DNA of 64,000 bases from Planctomycetota bacterium (lineage in GTDB: Bacteria; Planctomycetota; MHYJ01; WSZJ01): NCBI GenBank assembly GCA_038060895.1, contig JBBTCT010000012.1, forward strand, positions 62,200 to 126,199. The letters run 5' to 3'. Below the pieces are notes generated by a model that searched no databases, had not been told where the DNA came from, and worked only from the letters and a program-made list of their open reading frames with translations. Numbering within the stretch: position 1 is the stretch's first letter; each line of letters opens with the position of its first letter. Both the position numbers and the translations under genes were made by a program. This document shows, piece by piece, positions 9,626-19,233 of this stretch.

Positions 9626-10687
9626 CTATTCCTTCACCTGGTAGTCGTAAACCTGCGCCCACTCCTTCAGCGCTTTTGCCTGTGCGTCGGTCATCCGGAC
9701 CGTCTCGCCGATCCGCTTCTGCATCTCCATCGACAGCGCCAGCTTCGCCGCGATGTCGTCGTAAGGCTCCCCCGCCTGCTTCTTCAGCGCCGCTTCCTTC
9801 GCGATCGCCTCGTAGGAGCGCATGTAGTCGTCGATGGCCGGCGAGAGCGACGTCATCTGGTTCCCGTCGAACCCGAGCGACTTCGCCATGTTGTTCGAGA
9901 TGTTCGTCTTGCAGGCCGCCCGCGGGCCGGCGCCGTTCCAGACGCCCTGGTACGGGGCGTTCGGCGGCGGGAGGTTCAGGGAAGCGATGTACGCCCGCTG
10001 TTCCTCGCTGCCGATCTGCCCGAGACCCCCGAACATCTCGAACTGGAGGTCGCGAAGCGCGGCGGCGCGCTCGAGCGGCGACATGGCCTCGCGCCCCGCC
10101 ATGTACGCGTCCCAGTCCTCGCGTGATCCTGCGAGGACCTTGTCGAACGCGGCGCGCTGCTGCTCCGACATCGGGAACGGAGACGAGTCGAGCATGGACT
10201 GCGCGAACATCGGGTACCAGTCCGGCGACATCGCCGCTTCCTGGATCGGAATTCCCAGGTCGTCCGCCACCAGCCCGATCAGCGCGAGCAGCGGCCCGAA
10301 GTACTTGTCGCCCTTGATCGGCGTTCCGGAAGCGTCGGCGTCCTTCCTGGCCTGCGCGATGAGCGAAGCCAGTTCCTTCCACTTCGCGGCGCGGTCCGGG
10401 CGCGACCTTGAACCACCGCCCGCCAGTTTCTTCGCCTCGGCAAGCTGCAACTTCAATTCCGCAACCTCGGCGCGCAGCTTTTCCGACTCGGCGCGCGCGG
10501 AGGCAATCTCGTTGGAAGCGGCCTCTCTGGTGCCTTCGCCCGAAGTGCTCGCGCCTTTTTCCCCGGCCCTTTCTCGAGTGCCTGCCCCGCCGTCGGCGCT
10601 CCCGCCGTCCCGGGACAGGAGCAGCTTGAACGCGATCCCGGCGAGGAGAGCGCCGGCGAGGAATCCGATGAGGAGGCCGCGAGCCAT
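9626..10687 (-). CDS. hypothetical membrane-anchored protein with coiled coil
   Basis: N-terminal TM helix, low-complexity linker, coiled coil, coding-like composition. Confidence 0.7.
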   Translation of the reverse strand: MARGLLIGFLAGALLAGIAFKLLLSRDGGSADGGAGTRERAGEKGASTSGEGTREAASNEIASARAESEKLRAEVAELKLQLAEAKKLAGGGSRSRPDRAAKWKELASLIAQARKDADASGTPIKGDKYFGPLLALIGLVADDLGIPIQEAAMSPDWYPMFAQSMLDSSPFPMSEQQRAAFDKVLAGSREDWDAYMAGREAMSPLERAAALRDLQFEMFGGLGQIGSEEQRAYIASLNLPPPNAPYQGVWNGAGPRAACKTNISNNMAKSLGFDGNQMTSLSPAIDDYMRSYEAIAKEAALKKQAGEPYDDIAAKLALSMEMQKRIGETVRMTDAQAKALKEWAQVYDYQVKE

Positions 10688-10724
10688 GCGCGGATTCTAT
10701 CCGCGAGTCGCTTTCGATGCCGTT

Positions 10725-10760
10725 CCTACCCACTACCTCCTGCCGACTCCCCACTGCCTT
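10725..10760. repeat. degenerate heptamer tandem repeat (CCACTAC-like)
   Basis: CCTAC CCACTAC CTCCTGC CGACTCC CCACTGC in a divergent intergenic region. Confidence 0.55.
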
Positions 10761-10809
10761 AGCACTTTCCTTACTCCCGCTCACAGGCGATCCGTAGAAT
10801 GCCCCGCCA

Positions 10810-11907
10810 ATGACCCGGAAGAACATTTTCTACTACGTGAGCGGCCACGGCTTCGGACACGCGACCCGCTCCTGTGTCGTGATGAACGCCCTCCACGCGA
10901 TCGACCCCACGGTTTTCTTCCACATCCGCTCGAACGCCCCGCGCTGGCTCTTCGCCAAGAATGTGGTAGCGCCGTTCGAGTACTGCTTCGTCGAGGTCGA
11001 CGTCGGCGTCGTGCAGCGGACGATCTTCAACATCGACAAGATGCGGACGCTGAGGAACTGCGAAGAGGCTCTCGAGCGCGGGCCGAAGGTGCTGAAGCAG
11101 GAGTTGAAGTTCGCGCAGGCGAACCCGCCCGCGCTGATCATCTCGGACATCGCGCCGATGGCGTTTGACGTCGCGCACAAGATCGGCGTCCCCTCGGTGG
11201 CGATCGCGAACTTTTCATGGGACTGGATCTACGAGGGGTACCTGGGGGAGATGAAGCCGTTCCGGGGGATTATCGACGCGACGCGCGAGTCGTACGCGAA
11301 GGCTGATCTGCTGCTGAAGCTGCCGCTCTGCGGCGAGTTCCCGGCGTTCCGGAAGACGAAGGCGATTCCGTTCATCGCGCGCAAGTCAACCGCGGACAAG
11401 GCCGAGGTATTCGACACGCTGGGGATCCCGAAGACGAAGCAGAAGGTGATCCTGCTGGCGTTCGGCGGCGTCGACGGCGCGGGGTTCATGATCGACGGGA
11501 TCGAGCGCAACCCGCAATACCTCTTCGTGATCCCGACCGACCAGGCCCTGCCGCGGCTGGCGAATGCCGTCAAGGTCCCTGAGATCGTCCACGTACGCTT
11601 CCAGGACCTCGTCAAGTCGTGCGACCTGGTCGTTTCGAAGCCCGGCTACGGGATCGTCAGCGAATGCGTCGCGAACCGGACACCGTTCCTCTACACGAGC
11701 CGCGACGATTTCGTCGAGTACGACGTGATGGTCAAGGGCATGAAAAAGTGCCTCCCGACGGCGTTCATCCCGAGGATGTACCTCGTCATGGGCGACTGGG
11801 ACGTGCACCTCGAAGGGTTCATCGGGGCGAAGCACGAGTGGAAGGACGTCGCCACGGACGGGGGTGAAGTTGCGGCTGGAGTGCTGAAGAAGTACCTGAA
11901 GGGGTGA
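10810..11907 (+). CDS. GT-B fold glycosyltransferase-like protein (similar to the N-terminal domain of plant L-arabinokinase)
   Basis: YYVSGHGFGHATRS, NFSWDWIY, VSKPGYGIVSEC. Confidence 0.75.
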   Translation: MTRKNIFYYVSGHGFGHATRSCVVMNALHAIDPTVFFHIRSNAPRWLFAKNVVAPFEYCFVEVDVGVVQRTIFNIDKMRTLRNCEEALERGPKVLKQELKFAQANPPALIISDIAPMAFDVAHKIGVPSVAIANFSWDWIYEGYLGEMKPFRGIIDATRESYAKADLLLKLPLCGEFPAFRKTKAIPFIARKSTADKAEVFDTLGIPKTKQKVILLAFGGVDGAGFMIDGIERNPQYLFVIPTDQALPRLANAVKVPEIVHVRFQDLVKSCDLVVSKPGYGIVSECVANRTPFLYTSRDDFVEYDVMVKGMKKCLPTAFIPRMYLVMGDWDVHLEGFIGAKHEWKDVATDGGEVAAGVLKKYLKG

Positions 11908-11930
11908 TGGGCAAGGTGCCGGGGTTACCG

Positions 11931-11996
11931 GTCGAGGGTTCAAGGTCGAAAGTCGAAGGTCAAGGCCGTGTCACGAGGGCCGTTTCCTTCGACCTC
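11931..11996. repeat. heptamer tandem repeat (GTCGAAG-like) with partial inverted copy
   Basis: GTCGAGG GTTCAAG GTCGAAA GTCGAAG GTCAAGG ... CCTTCGACC. Confidence 0.55.
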
Positions 11997-12037
11997 GGAG
12001 CCGCAGAACCGACCCGGCAATTTCACGCACAATCCTC

Positions 12038-12065
12038 TTGACTCAGATTCACCCCGTCCTAAGAT
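12038..12065 (+). promoter_or_regulatory. sigma70-type promoter
   Basis: TTGACT-N16-TAAGAT upstream of the small lipoprotein gene. Confidence 0.55.
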
Positions 12066-12143
12066 GACTAGCCGTAACTTGAACGCCGGGCATCCCGCCC
12101 GGGCATCAAGAGGGGGGCCTAAGGCCCAGCTTGGAGGAATCAG

Positions 12144-12326
12144 ATGTTTAAGAAGCTTCTCCTTGTCGCATTGCTGATCTCGGGCGCGGCCCTCGTCGGC
12201 TGCACGTTCGATGGCGAGCACAACAAGCATCACTGGTGGGCATTCCGGCAGGACGTCCACGAGATGCACCGCTTCATCGACCGGCACTTCCTGAACTACG
12301 ACGAACGGGATCCCGCCCGGTACTAG
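12144..12326 (+). CDS. small His-rich lipoprotein (60 aa)
   Basis: GGAGG RBS, lipobox LVGC, own promoter and terminator. Confidence 0.85.
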   Translation: MFKKLLLVALLISGAALVGCTFDGEHNKHHWWAFRQDVHEMHRFIDRHFLNYDERDPARY

Positions 12327-12348
12327 TCGTTCCGCAGGTCGCAGACCC

Positions 12349-12380
12349 AAGCCGCCTCGCTCTCGAGCGAGGCGGCTTTT
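12349..12380 (+). terminator. rho-independent terminator (possibly bidirectional)
   Basis: AAGCCGCCTCGCTC...GAGCGAGGCGGCTTTT between convergent genes. Confidence 0.85.
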
Positions 12381-12392
12381 GTCGTTTGGTGA

Positions 12393-12917
12393 CTAGGACT
12401 TTGAAGTGAGAAGGCGCGGCAGGAAAAGCCTTCGGCAGGCGGCGAGGAACTCAAGCGTCTCCGGGCGACGGAAGTCCGGGTAGGTCCAGTGCAGGAGCTG
12501 GAAAGCGCCGTCGCGGTAGACGACGGTGATTTCGGCCCAGATCCCTTCCCCGATCCAGACGCGGTGACCGGCTCTCTTGGTGGACGCGAGCGTCAGGCTG
12601 TGCTCGCTCAGCAGTCCGGGGTCGATATTTACCGGGCGATCCACCTTAGCGCCCGCCTTCCAGGTTTCCTCGAGCGCGACCGAGCGCTGCTTCAGCGAGG
12701 CCAGCCGGTCCACACCGACGAGCCGCTCGAAGGCCAGGAACTGGCGCAGCAGCCCCTTCCCCATCTCCGCTTCGTAATAGTCCGTTTCCGTCCAGGGCCG
12801 CGCGGCGCTGGCCAGGGCTATCGGACCCCAATCGGCTTCGAGGGAAGCGCGAACGTTGGCGAGGAGGGGCTCGGAGGTGGCGAGGAGACCGGTGAAGAGC
12901 ACGGCGACGGGGGGCAT
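12393..12917 (-). CDS. DUF4416 family protein
   Basis: TDYYEAEMG, VNIDPG, LASTK, HRVWIGEGIWAE, WTYPDF. Confidence 0.8.
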   Translation of the reverse strand: MPPVAVLFTGLLATSEPLLANVRASLEADWGPIALASAARPWTETDYYEAEMGKGLLRQFLAFERLVGVDRLASLKQRSVALEETWKAGAKVDRPVNIDPGLLSEHSLTLASTKRAGHRVWIGEGIWAEITVVYRDGAFQLLHWTYPDFRRPETLEFLAACRRLFLPRLLTSKS

Positions 12918-12926
12918 GCCGCCACT

Positions 12927-13187
12927 CTAGCCGAGTTCCGCGAGGAACCGCTTTACGGCCTCGCTCATCACGGCGCCTTCGTCGTACGCTCCGTTCTGGA
13001 TGCGGCGGCGGAGGTCGGCGACGCGATCGCCCCGGATGTCTGGGGCGGCGCGGAGCTGGTCGCGGAGGCGTGCCTGCGGAGAGATGGACAAGTGATCCGC
13101 GGGCAGTTCTGAAGGGGCGACCGGGTAGAGATCGCGAGCGCGAGCGGGTCGAATGGGGAACGAAGGATCGACCCTGTTGATTTCCAT
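12927..13187 (-). CDS. flgM: anti-sigma-28 factor FlgM-like protein
   Basis: 86 aa with LSISPQA and PDIRGDRVADLRRRIQNGAY; sigma28 promoter upstream. Confidence 0.75.
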   Translation of the reverse strand: MEINRVDPSFPIRPARARDLYPVAPSELPADHLSISPQARLRDQLRAAPDIRGDRVADLRRRIQNGAYDEGAVMSEAVKRFLAELG

Positions 13188-13222
13188 GGAGTGGGGTTCC
13201 TTGGAAGGAGAGGGTAATAGAG

Positions 13223-13250
13223 AGATCGGCTGGAAAGTGAGAATGCTTGA
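13223..13250 (-). promoter_or_regulatory. sigma28 (FliA) promoter of flgM
   Basis: Minus strand reads TCAAG-N15-GCCGATCT. Confidence 0.7.
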
Positions 13251-13253
13251 GCC

Positions 13254-13288
13254 TATTTCAAATTGAAATACTATTTCATTTTGAAATT
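13254..13288. promoter_or_regulatory. tandem palindromic operator, 2 x TATTTCA-N3-TGAAAT
   Basis: TATTTCAAATTGAAATA (13254-13270) and TATTTCATTTTGAAATT (13272-13288), 18-bp period, AT-rich patch in GC-rich DNA. Confidence 0.65.
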
Positions 13289-13344
13289 CTGCCCCCCGAA
13301 TCGCCTTTCCCGACTCCCCCGCTTACCTCGTATACTCCGCTCCC

Positions 13345-15345
13345 ATGCATCGCTTCCTGGCCCTGCTCGCCGCTTTGCTGCCGCTTCCGGTCACGGCGGA
13401 TGACCTCCTGATCCTTCGCAACCAGCACGAAATCACGGGCACCATCGTGCAGGACGATGGCGACACCATCGTCATCCAAACGGGCGGCGCCGAAGGTCGC
13501 CTGTCCTGCCGATATGAAGATCTCGCTTTCATCAACGGGCTCGCGGCCCCTCGCGTCCGCGAGCTTCGCCTGGAGGTCCGCAGGGCGGAGGCGACCTTTG
13601 CGAAGCGAGGGATTGCGGCGCCGATCGCGCTTGCGATTCGAGGCCGGGACAGCGCGCGGTTTTCGGACGATCAGCGCGCTTCGAAATCTCCGCCTCCGCC
13701 GCTGGCGGCACTGGCCGCGTTCGGCCTGGCCGCGCGGGACGTTGCCGCAGGAGAGGCCGTTGCCGCCTGGCGCGCCGCGCGCCGCCACGCAGCCGCCGAT
13801 CTCGCTTCCGGAGAACTCGCTCTTCTCGTCCCCGCCGACGAAAGCCCTGACCCGTTCGCCCCCTTCTGGATCGCCGCCGGCGCCCGCCCGCCGGCCTATG
13901 CCGTGACGCGCGAATTCGGCGCGGCCGCGCTCGACGCCGCCGCTCCTGCAGCCCAGGCCGCAGCCCGGCGTCTCGCCGGCTCATGGTCCGACGCCGAGCT
14001 CGCCCTCGAGGCCGCGCGCACCGGCACCGCCGCCGCCGTCGCCCTCGACGCTCTTCTCGACCCGCCCGGCCTCTCGCCCGACCAGGGTGAAGGCGCGCTC
14101 GCGCTCACGGGGCTCGGCGATGTCCCGGCGTCGCCCGACACGCCGCCGTTCCTCGCCGCGTGGCGCGTTTTCGCGCAGCGAGACGGCGCCCGCTTCGCCA
14201 TCACCGCGAAACTCGCCGGAGGGTGGCGACTCGCATTCCAAGTCCTCGACGACCCGCCTGCCTCGACCGAGCAGATCCTCCACCCCGAAAAGTACTTCGT
14301 CGATCGCGACCCGCCCGCCCGGGTCCAGCTCGCGGACCTCCCGCTCCCGCGCGGGGCCGAGTCGTTCGGGTTCGTGGCGCGCGGGACGATGGGGGAAGCC
14401 ATGATGGTTGAGTCGTTCCGGCGCGCCGGAGGCCCGGGTGGCGCGGGGTTGGACGAGCAGCCCGCCCGTCGCGCCGCCGCCGGATGGGACGGCGATGCAT
14501 GGATCGTCTACGCGTCCAGGGACGGCACCCTCGCCCTCGTCTGGCTTTCCACCTGGGATACCCCCGAGGACGCGCGCGAATTCGCGGAGGCTGCCGCGGC
14601 CGCCGGCGTCCTGCGCAGGGGAAGGGGAAAGTCCGCCACCGACGGCACTCGCATCCGCTTCGAGTCCGCCGGCGCGCGCGGAGTCGCGGAGTGGAAAGAC
14701 AGGGACTGCGTCGTCGTCGAAGGATTGCCGACCGACGAAGCCGCGGCTGCGCTCGCCGAATCGGCGTGGGCGGGGCGATCCGTCAGGGAAGAACCCTCCG
14801 CGCCGCTGGTCCTCGCTCCCAGGGAGGCCGTCGCCGCCGCGCTCGCGACCTCGGATGCCCTCGCAAAGGGATGGGTATCGGACCCGCCGAATGCCGTGCC
14901 TCTCGGCGGCCGCATCGACCAGGACCCGAACTCGGGCGCCCGCACCTTCCGCGCGGCAGGCGCTTTCACGCTCGAAATCCCTGACGGTTGGGAAGCGCGG
15001 GCCGAGCCCTCCGCGCTCGTCCTGACCCCCGCTTCCGGTCTCCTCGTGACCGCGACTTTCCACCGCCTCGCGGCCGAAGCCCCCCCCGCCCTCGTTTTCG
15101 CCCGCGCGCGCGCACTCGCAAGTCCCCGGGGCGACGCCCCGTTCCTGCCCTACCCGTCCCGGACCGCCGACGGCCGCGCCTGGTGCCAGTTCGTCATCCC
15201 TCACGCTGAACGGCGCACGCACCACGCATGGACGGTCGCAGGGAAAAATGCGATCCGGCTGGAAGCCGTCGCGCCTGCCGCCGGCGCAACGGACGACCTG
15301 AAAAAGGAACTGCAGGCGATGCTCGCAACCGTGAGGTTTGAATAG
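13345..15345 (+). CDS. secreted, catalytically degenerate paralog of the downstream metallopeptidase-like protein
   Basis: Signal peptide; shares PPASTEQILHPEKY, AAGWDGD and STWDTPEDAREF with the next gene but lacks HExxH. Confidence 0.7.
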   Translation: MHRFLALLAALLPLPVTADDLLILRNQHEITGTIVQDDGDTIVIQTGGAEGRLSCRYEDLAFINGLAAPRVRELRLEVRRAEATFAKRGIAAPIALAIRGRDSARFSDDQRASKSPPPPLAALAAFGLAARDVAAGEAVAAWRAARRHAAADLASGELALLVPADESPDPFAPFWIAAGARPPAYAVTREFGAAALDAAAPAAQAAARRLAGSWSDAELALEAARTGTAAAVALDALLDPPGLSPDQGEGALALTGLGDVPASPDTPPFLAAWRVFAQRDGARFAITAKLAGGWRLAFQVLDDPPASTEQILHPEKYFVDRDPPARVQLADLPLPRGAESFGFVARGTMGEAMMVESFRRAGGPGGAGLDEQPARRAAAGWDGDAWIVYASRDGTLALVWLSTWDTPEDAREFAEAAAAAGVLRRGRGKSATDGTRIRFESAGARGVAEWKDRDCVVVEGLPTDEAAAALAESAWAGRSVREEPSAPLVLAPREAVAAALATSDALAKGWVSDPPNAVPLGGRIDQDPNSGARTFRAAGAFTLEIPDGWEARAEPSALVLTPASGLLVTATFHRLAAEAPPALVFARARALASPRGDAPFLPYPSRTADGRAWCQFVIPHAERRTHHAWTVAGKNAIRLEAVAPAAGATDDLKKELQAMLATVRFE

Positions 15346-15429
15346 CACCTCGAACTCACGCGTTCCATTCCCCGCCCGTACACTTCCCGTCCTGAAATCC
15401 CGTTCCTATCACCACCCCAGGAGTCACTC

Positions 15430-17196
15430 ATGAAGCCGATGCTGTTGCTCGCCGCTCTTCTCCTCCCCCTGGCCGCGCTCGCGCAGGACGATGAGAAGAA
15501 ACCCCTCGATTCCAAGGCCGTGAAGAAGCTGCAGAAGATCGTCGAGGAGGGGCGCGGGCTGAAGTTCAAAAAGGCGGTCAAGGTGCAGGTGCAGGACGAG
15601 GATGATCTGAAGGCGATGGTCGAGAAGAGCTTCGACGAAGAATGGCCGAGGGAGAAAGCCGAGAAGGCGGCGGCGGGCTACAAGAAACTCGGGCTCATCC
15701 CGCAAGACATGGAACTGCGCAGCTTCATGGTCGAGTTGCTCGCCGACTCGATTGGCGGATACTACGACCCGAAGACCAAGCAGCTCTTCCTCATCCGCCG
15801 CAAAGCAGGCGGGAACGACAAGATGAACGAGATGACGAAGCAGATGTACGGGACCGACTGGGACACCATGGCCACCATCCACGAGCTGACGCACGCGCTT
15901 CAGGACCAGCACTACGACCTCCAGACGATTCCGACCGACATGGAGGGCGAGGACGACATGACGAAGGCGATGCAGTGCTTGTTTGAGGGCGAAGCGAACT
16001 ACGTCATGTACGAGCATGTGCTCGGCAACCGCGGGATGAACCTGCGGAGCATGCCCAGTCTCAAGATGTTCCTGGCGGGTGGCGCGCAGGGCTCGGACAA
16101 GATGAATGCGGCGCCCGAATTCCTGAAGCGCGGGCTGGTGTTCCCCTACATGGAGGGGATGGTGTTCGTGCACGCGGTGATGATCAAGGGGGAGGAGTGG
16201 TCGAAGGTTGAGGAGATGTACAACAAGCTGCCGTTGTCCACGGAGCAGATCCTCCACCCGGAGAAGTTCATCGACGGCGACTGGCCGCAGCGGGTGCGCC
16301 TTCCCGACCTGGCGAAATCGCTCGGCAAGGGCTGGGAGCTGGTCGACGAGAACACCCTGGGCGAGCTGAATTTCCAGATCATGCTGGGAGAATTCATCAG
16401 CCGGAAGAAATCCCCGAAGACGATTGCGAAGTCGGCCGCTGGCTGGGATGGGGACAGGTACGCGGTCTACCGCAAGGGCGAAGCGGTGGCGATGGCTCTC
16501 TTCAGCACCTGGGACTCGGAAGAGGACGCGCAGGAGTTCGTGAAGTCGGCGAAAAGGGTATTGAACAAGAAACTCGGCGCAGAGGGCACGGACGACGGCG
16601 AGGACCTGACGCGCTGGGACGGCGGCACGGTGCTCGAGCGCAAGGGAAGCGACGTTCTCTGGATGGAGACCGCGAGCAAAGGCTGCGACAAGGCGCGCTC
16701 GGCGGTCTGGGAGGGCGTCGAGAAGAAGGAGGTTTCCAAGGTCGAACGCAAGAAACCCGCGGAGGTCGAGGCGAAAGAGGCTGCGCTCGCCGAGAACGAG
16801 CTCTACCGCCTGACAAAGGCTCCGAAAACCGCGTGGAAGGTCCAGGAAGACGGAACGGACGTCACGATCACCTGGAAAGGCATGGACGGCGCCGCGTCAT
16901 TTCACGCCGTCTCGAAGAAAGGCCGGGACGCCGAGGAGGCGCTTCAGGAGGCGGTCGACAGCGCCAAGGCCGAGCTGGAGAACGGGAAGCAGCGCTCGTG
17001 GAGCATCGAGGGGCTTGAATCTCCTGCCGGCGGCGTGGTCGGCACGAGCGAAGACCTGGGCGAAATCAAGATGGGGATCATCGTCCTGGACGCCGGAAAG
17101 CGCTGGGTCGTCGCGCGCCTCGCGTGCGGGGAGAAGGACTGGGAGAAAGCGTCGAAGGAGTTCGAAAAAATCGTGAGGGGGTTCGAGGGAAAGTAA
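15430..17196 (+). CDS. secreted gluzincin-type Zn metallopeptidase-like protein (LpqM-like)
   Basis: Signal peptide, GYYDP, IHELTHALQDQHY, downstream EGEA, FPYMEG, STEQILHPEK. Confidence 0.8.
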   Translation: MKPMLLLAALLLPLAALAQDDEKKPLDSKAVKKLQKIVEEGRGLKFKKAVKVQVQDEDDLKAMVEKSFDEEWPREKAEKAAAGYKKLGLIPQDMELRSFMVELLADSIGGYYDPKTKQLFLIRRKAGGNDKMNEMTKQMYGTDWDTMATIHELTHALQDQHYDLQTIPTDMEGEDDMTKAMQCLFEGEANYVMYEHVLGNRGMNLRSMPSLKMFLAGGAQGSDKMNAAPEFLKRGLVFPYMEGMVFVHAVMIKGEEWSKVEEMYNKLPLSTEQILHPEKFIDGDWPQRVRLPDLAKSLGKGWELVDENTLGELNFQIMLGEFISRKKSPKTIAKSAAGWDGDRYAVYRKGEAVAMALFSTWDSEEDAQEFVKSAKRVLNKKLGAEGTDDGEDLTRWDGGTVLERKGSDVLWMETASKGCDKARSAVWEGVEKKEVSKVERKKPAEVEAKEAALAENELYRLTKAPKTAWKVQEDGTDVTITWKGMDGAASFHAVSKKGRDAEEALQEAVDSAKAELENGKQRSWSIEGLESPAGGVVGTSEDLGEIKMGIIVLDAGKRWVVARLACGEKDWEKASKEFEKIVRGFEGK

Positions 17197-17246
17197 GGGT
17201 TGGCTGGCGTTGGCTTCGCAGGCCGAGCGCCGGCAGACCGCGCCCG

Positions 17247-17978
17247 CTACTTCTGTTCCTCAGCCGCCGGACGCATGTGCTCCGCGGTCAGCGCGCGGTT
17301 CCTTTGCATCAGGAACGCGATGAGGAAGATCACGGTCGTCAGCGCGAATCCAGCGGCGACGCTCATGAGGATCAGTCGCTGATTCTGGAGCGCGCGCACC
17401 TGGTCCTTGAGCACCCGGACCTTGAGCTCGACCTGGTCGACCTTGATCTTGATGCCGCCGTCAGGCGCGGGAGCGTGCGCGGGCGCAGTGGCGGGCGCGG
17501 CCTTTTCAGCAGGCTTATCGGCCGCCCGGGCGGCAGGGGCCTGGAAGGGCGCCATCGTGTGCCCGAACGCCTGCGGCGGCGCGGGGGCTTTTTCCATCTC
17601 GATCGCAGCGGCCTTCGGCGCCGCAGCCGCACTCACCGCCGGCGCCGCCGTCCCGCCCTTCCCCTCCGCCTTTCCGCCCTTGACGTCTTCTGCCTCGTCC
17701 AGCTCGAACGAGACCTGGATTTTCCCGAAGCGGACGCTGTCTCCCGGCTTGAGCTTGCCGACCTTTGTTTCGGCGTCATTAATGCGCGTGCCGTTGCGGC
17801 TCTCGAGGTCGTACAAAGTCCACGCTCCGTCTGCCAGCTCGACCTTCGCGTGGGTGGAAGAGACGCTGCCGTCGTCGAGCGAAACCTGGTTGCGGCGCGA
17901 CCTGCCGACCATCGCGACGCCGGTGAAGGAGAAAATCTCTATGTTGCCGTTCTCGTGGCGCCGGACGAAGCGAGGCAC
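17247..17978 (-). CDS. FHA domain protein with C-terminal TM anchor
   Basis: VGRS, SVSSTHA, DLESRNGTRIN, LKPGD; Ala/Pro linker, coiled coil, TM helix. Confidence 0.85.
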   Translation of the reverse strand: MPRFVRRHENGNIEIFSFTGVAMVGRSRRNQVSLDDGSVSSTHAKVELADGAWTLYDLESRNGTRINDAETKVGKLKPGDSVRFGKIQVSFELDEAEDVKGGKAEGKGGTAAPAVSAAAAPKAAAIEMEKAPAPPQAFGHTMAPFQAPAARAADKPAEKAAPATAPAHAPAPDGGIKIKVDQVELKVRVLKDQVRALQNQRLILMSVAAGFALTTVIFLIAFLMQRNRALTAEHMRPAAEEQK

Positions 17979-18112
17979 GTTGAACTCCTGTTAGTTGGAC
18001 GGACTAGGATATCAGATGAGGACATCGGCGGGCACCAGCTGGAGTTCCCGTGAACAAACGGTAACTTGAAAGCGTTAAAACCTATGGAGGGGATAAAAGG
18101 AGCCCCCCGACC

Positions 18113-19216
18113 ATGCGCGTTCTCGCACTGCTGTTCGCAGTTGCTCCTGCGCTCTTCGCGCAGACGCCTCCCGTTGAACCTTCGACCGCGATCGAGCCCG
18201 CCGCGCCGGTCGCCTCCGTCGCGCCAGACAAATCGGATGAAGTCCCCGGCGACGAACTCTCCCGGGAAGGCAAGAAGGGCGCTTCCGCCGGCCTCAACTG
18301 GCTCCTCCAGGCGCAGAACGAGGACGGCTCGTGGGGTGAGGATGCGAAGTGCGAGGCCGAGGTCGCCTGCACGGCCATGGCGGGGCTCGCGCTCCTCAGC
18401 TCCGGCGAAACGGGACGCGACGGAAAGCACCGCGCCGCCGTCGCGCGGGCGGTCAAATGGATCACGAAGCGCGCCCTTGCTTCCGGTCGCCAGATGCGCG
18501 GCGCTCCCTCGTCCATCGAGACTTACCTGGGCGAACACATCGGCGACTACCTGGCGTGCGCGTTCCTGGCAGAGGCGCTGGGCATGGTCCCCGAGGCCGC
18601 GACCGACGAGTCCACCGGAGCGGCGCTTCGCAAACTCGTCCGCCGCGTCCAGTCCTGGCAGCGGGAGGACGGCTCGTGGAACGACGGCGTGGAACCGCTC
18701 ACGACGACGGCCATCGCGTACGTCGCCCTCCGCGCTGCCCACAACGCCGGCGTCACCGTCGAGGACGCGTCGCTCGAGCGCGTCGTCAAGTACGTCGAGT
18801 CGCGCATCGACACGAACAAAAAGGTCGTCGTCGATCCCGTCCACGGCGACCGCCCGCGCTTCACCGGCACCGCTGGCTCGCTCCGGGTCCTCCTCGGAGT
18901 GGGGCACGACCAGACTCCCGAGGGGCGGGTCGCTTCCGGCATTCTCGTGAAGCTGCCGTTCGGGCGCGACTACGGCGACGAGGTCAGCGGCGAGGACTTC
19001 TTCGGCGGCGTCCTCGCGGCGCACGCGATGATCCACGAGGACGGAAAAGCGTGGCGGGGCGTGTTTGCAAAGATCCAGAAGGTGCTCACTTCGTGCCAGA
19101 ACCTCGACGGTTCCTGGACCGGACACCACTGCATCTCGGCTCGGACCTTCTGCACCGCCTCCGCGGTCACGACCCTGCTGACGCCGCTGCGGTTCCTGCC
19201 GATGATCCAGATGTAG
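18113..19216 (+). CDS. secreted prenyltransferase/squalene-cyclase repeat protein
   Basis: QW-like repeats WLLQAQNEDGSW, QREDGSW, CQNLDGSW; signal peptide. Confidence 0.8.
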   Translation: MRVLALLFAVAPALFAQTPPVEPSTAIEPAAPVASVAPDKSDEVPGDELSREGKKGASAGLNWLLQAQNEDGSWGEDAKCEAEVACTAMAGLALLSSGETGRDGKHRAAVARAVKWITKRALASGRQMRGAPSSIETYLGEHIGDYLACAFLAEALGMVPEAATDESTGAALRKLVRRVQSWQREDGSWNDGVEPLTTTAIAYVALRAAHNAGVTVEDASLERVVKYVESRIDTNKKVVVDPVHGDRPRFTGTAGSLRVLLGVGHDQTPEGRVASGILVKLPFGRDYGDEVSGEDFFGGVLAAHAMIHEDGKAWRGVFAKIQKVLTSCQNLDGSWTGHHCISARTFCTASAVTTLLTPLRFLPMIQM

Positions 19217-19233
19217 GTTAAAGTGCGGGCCGA

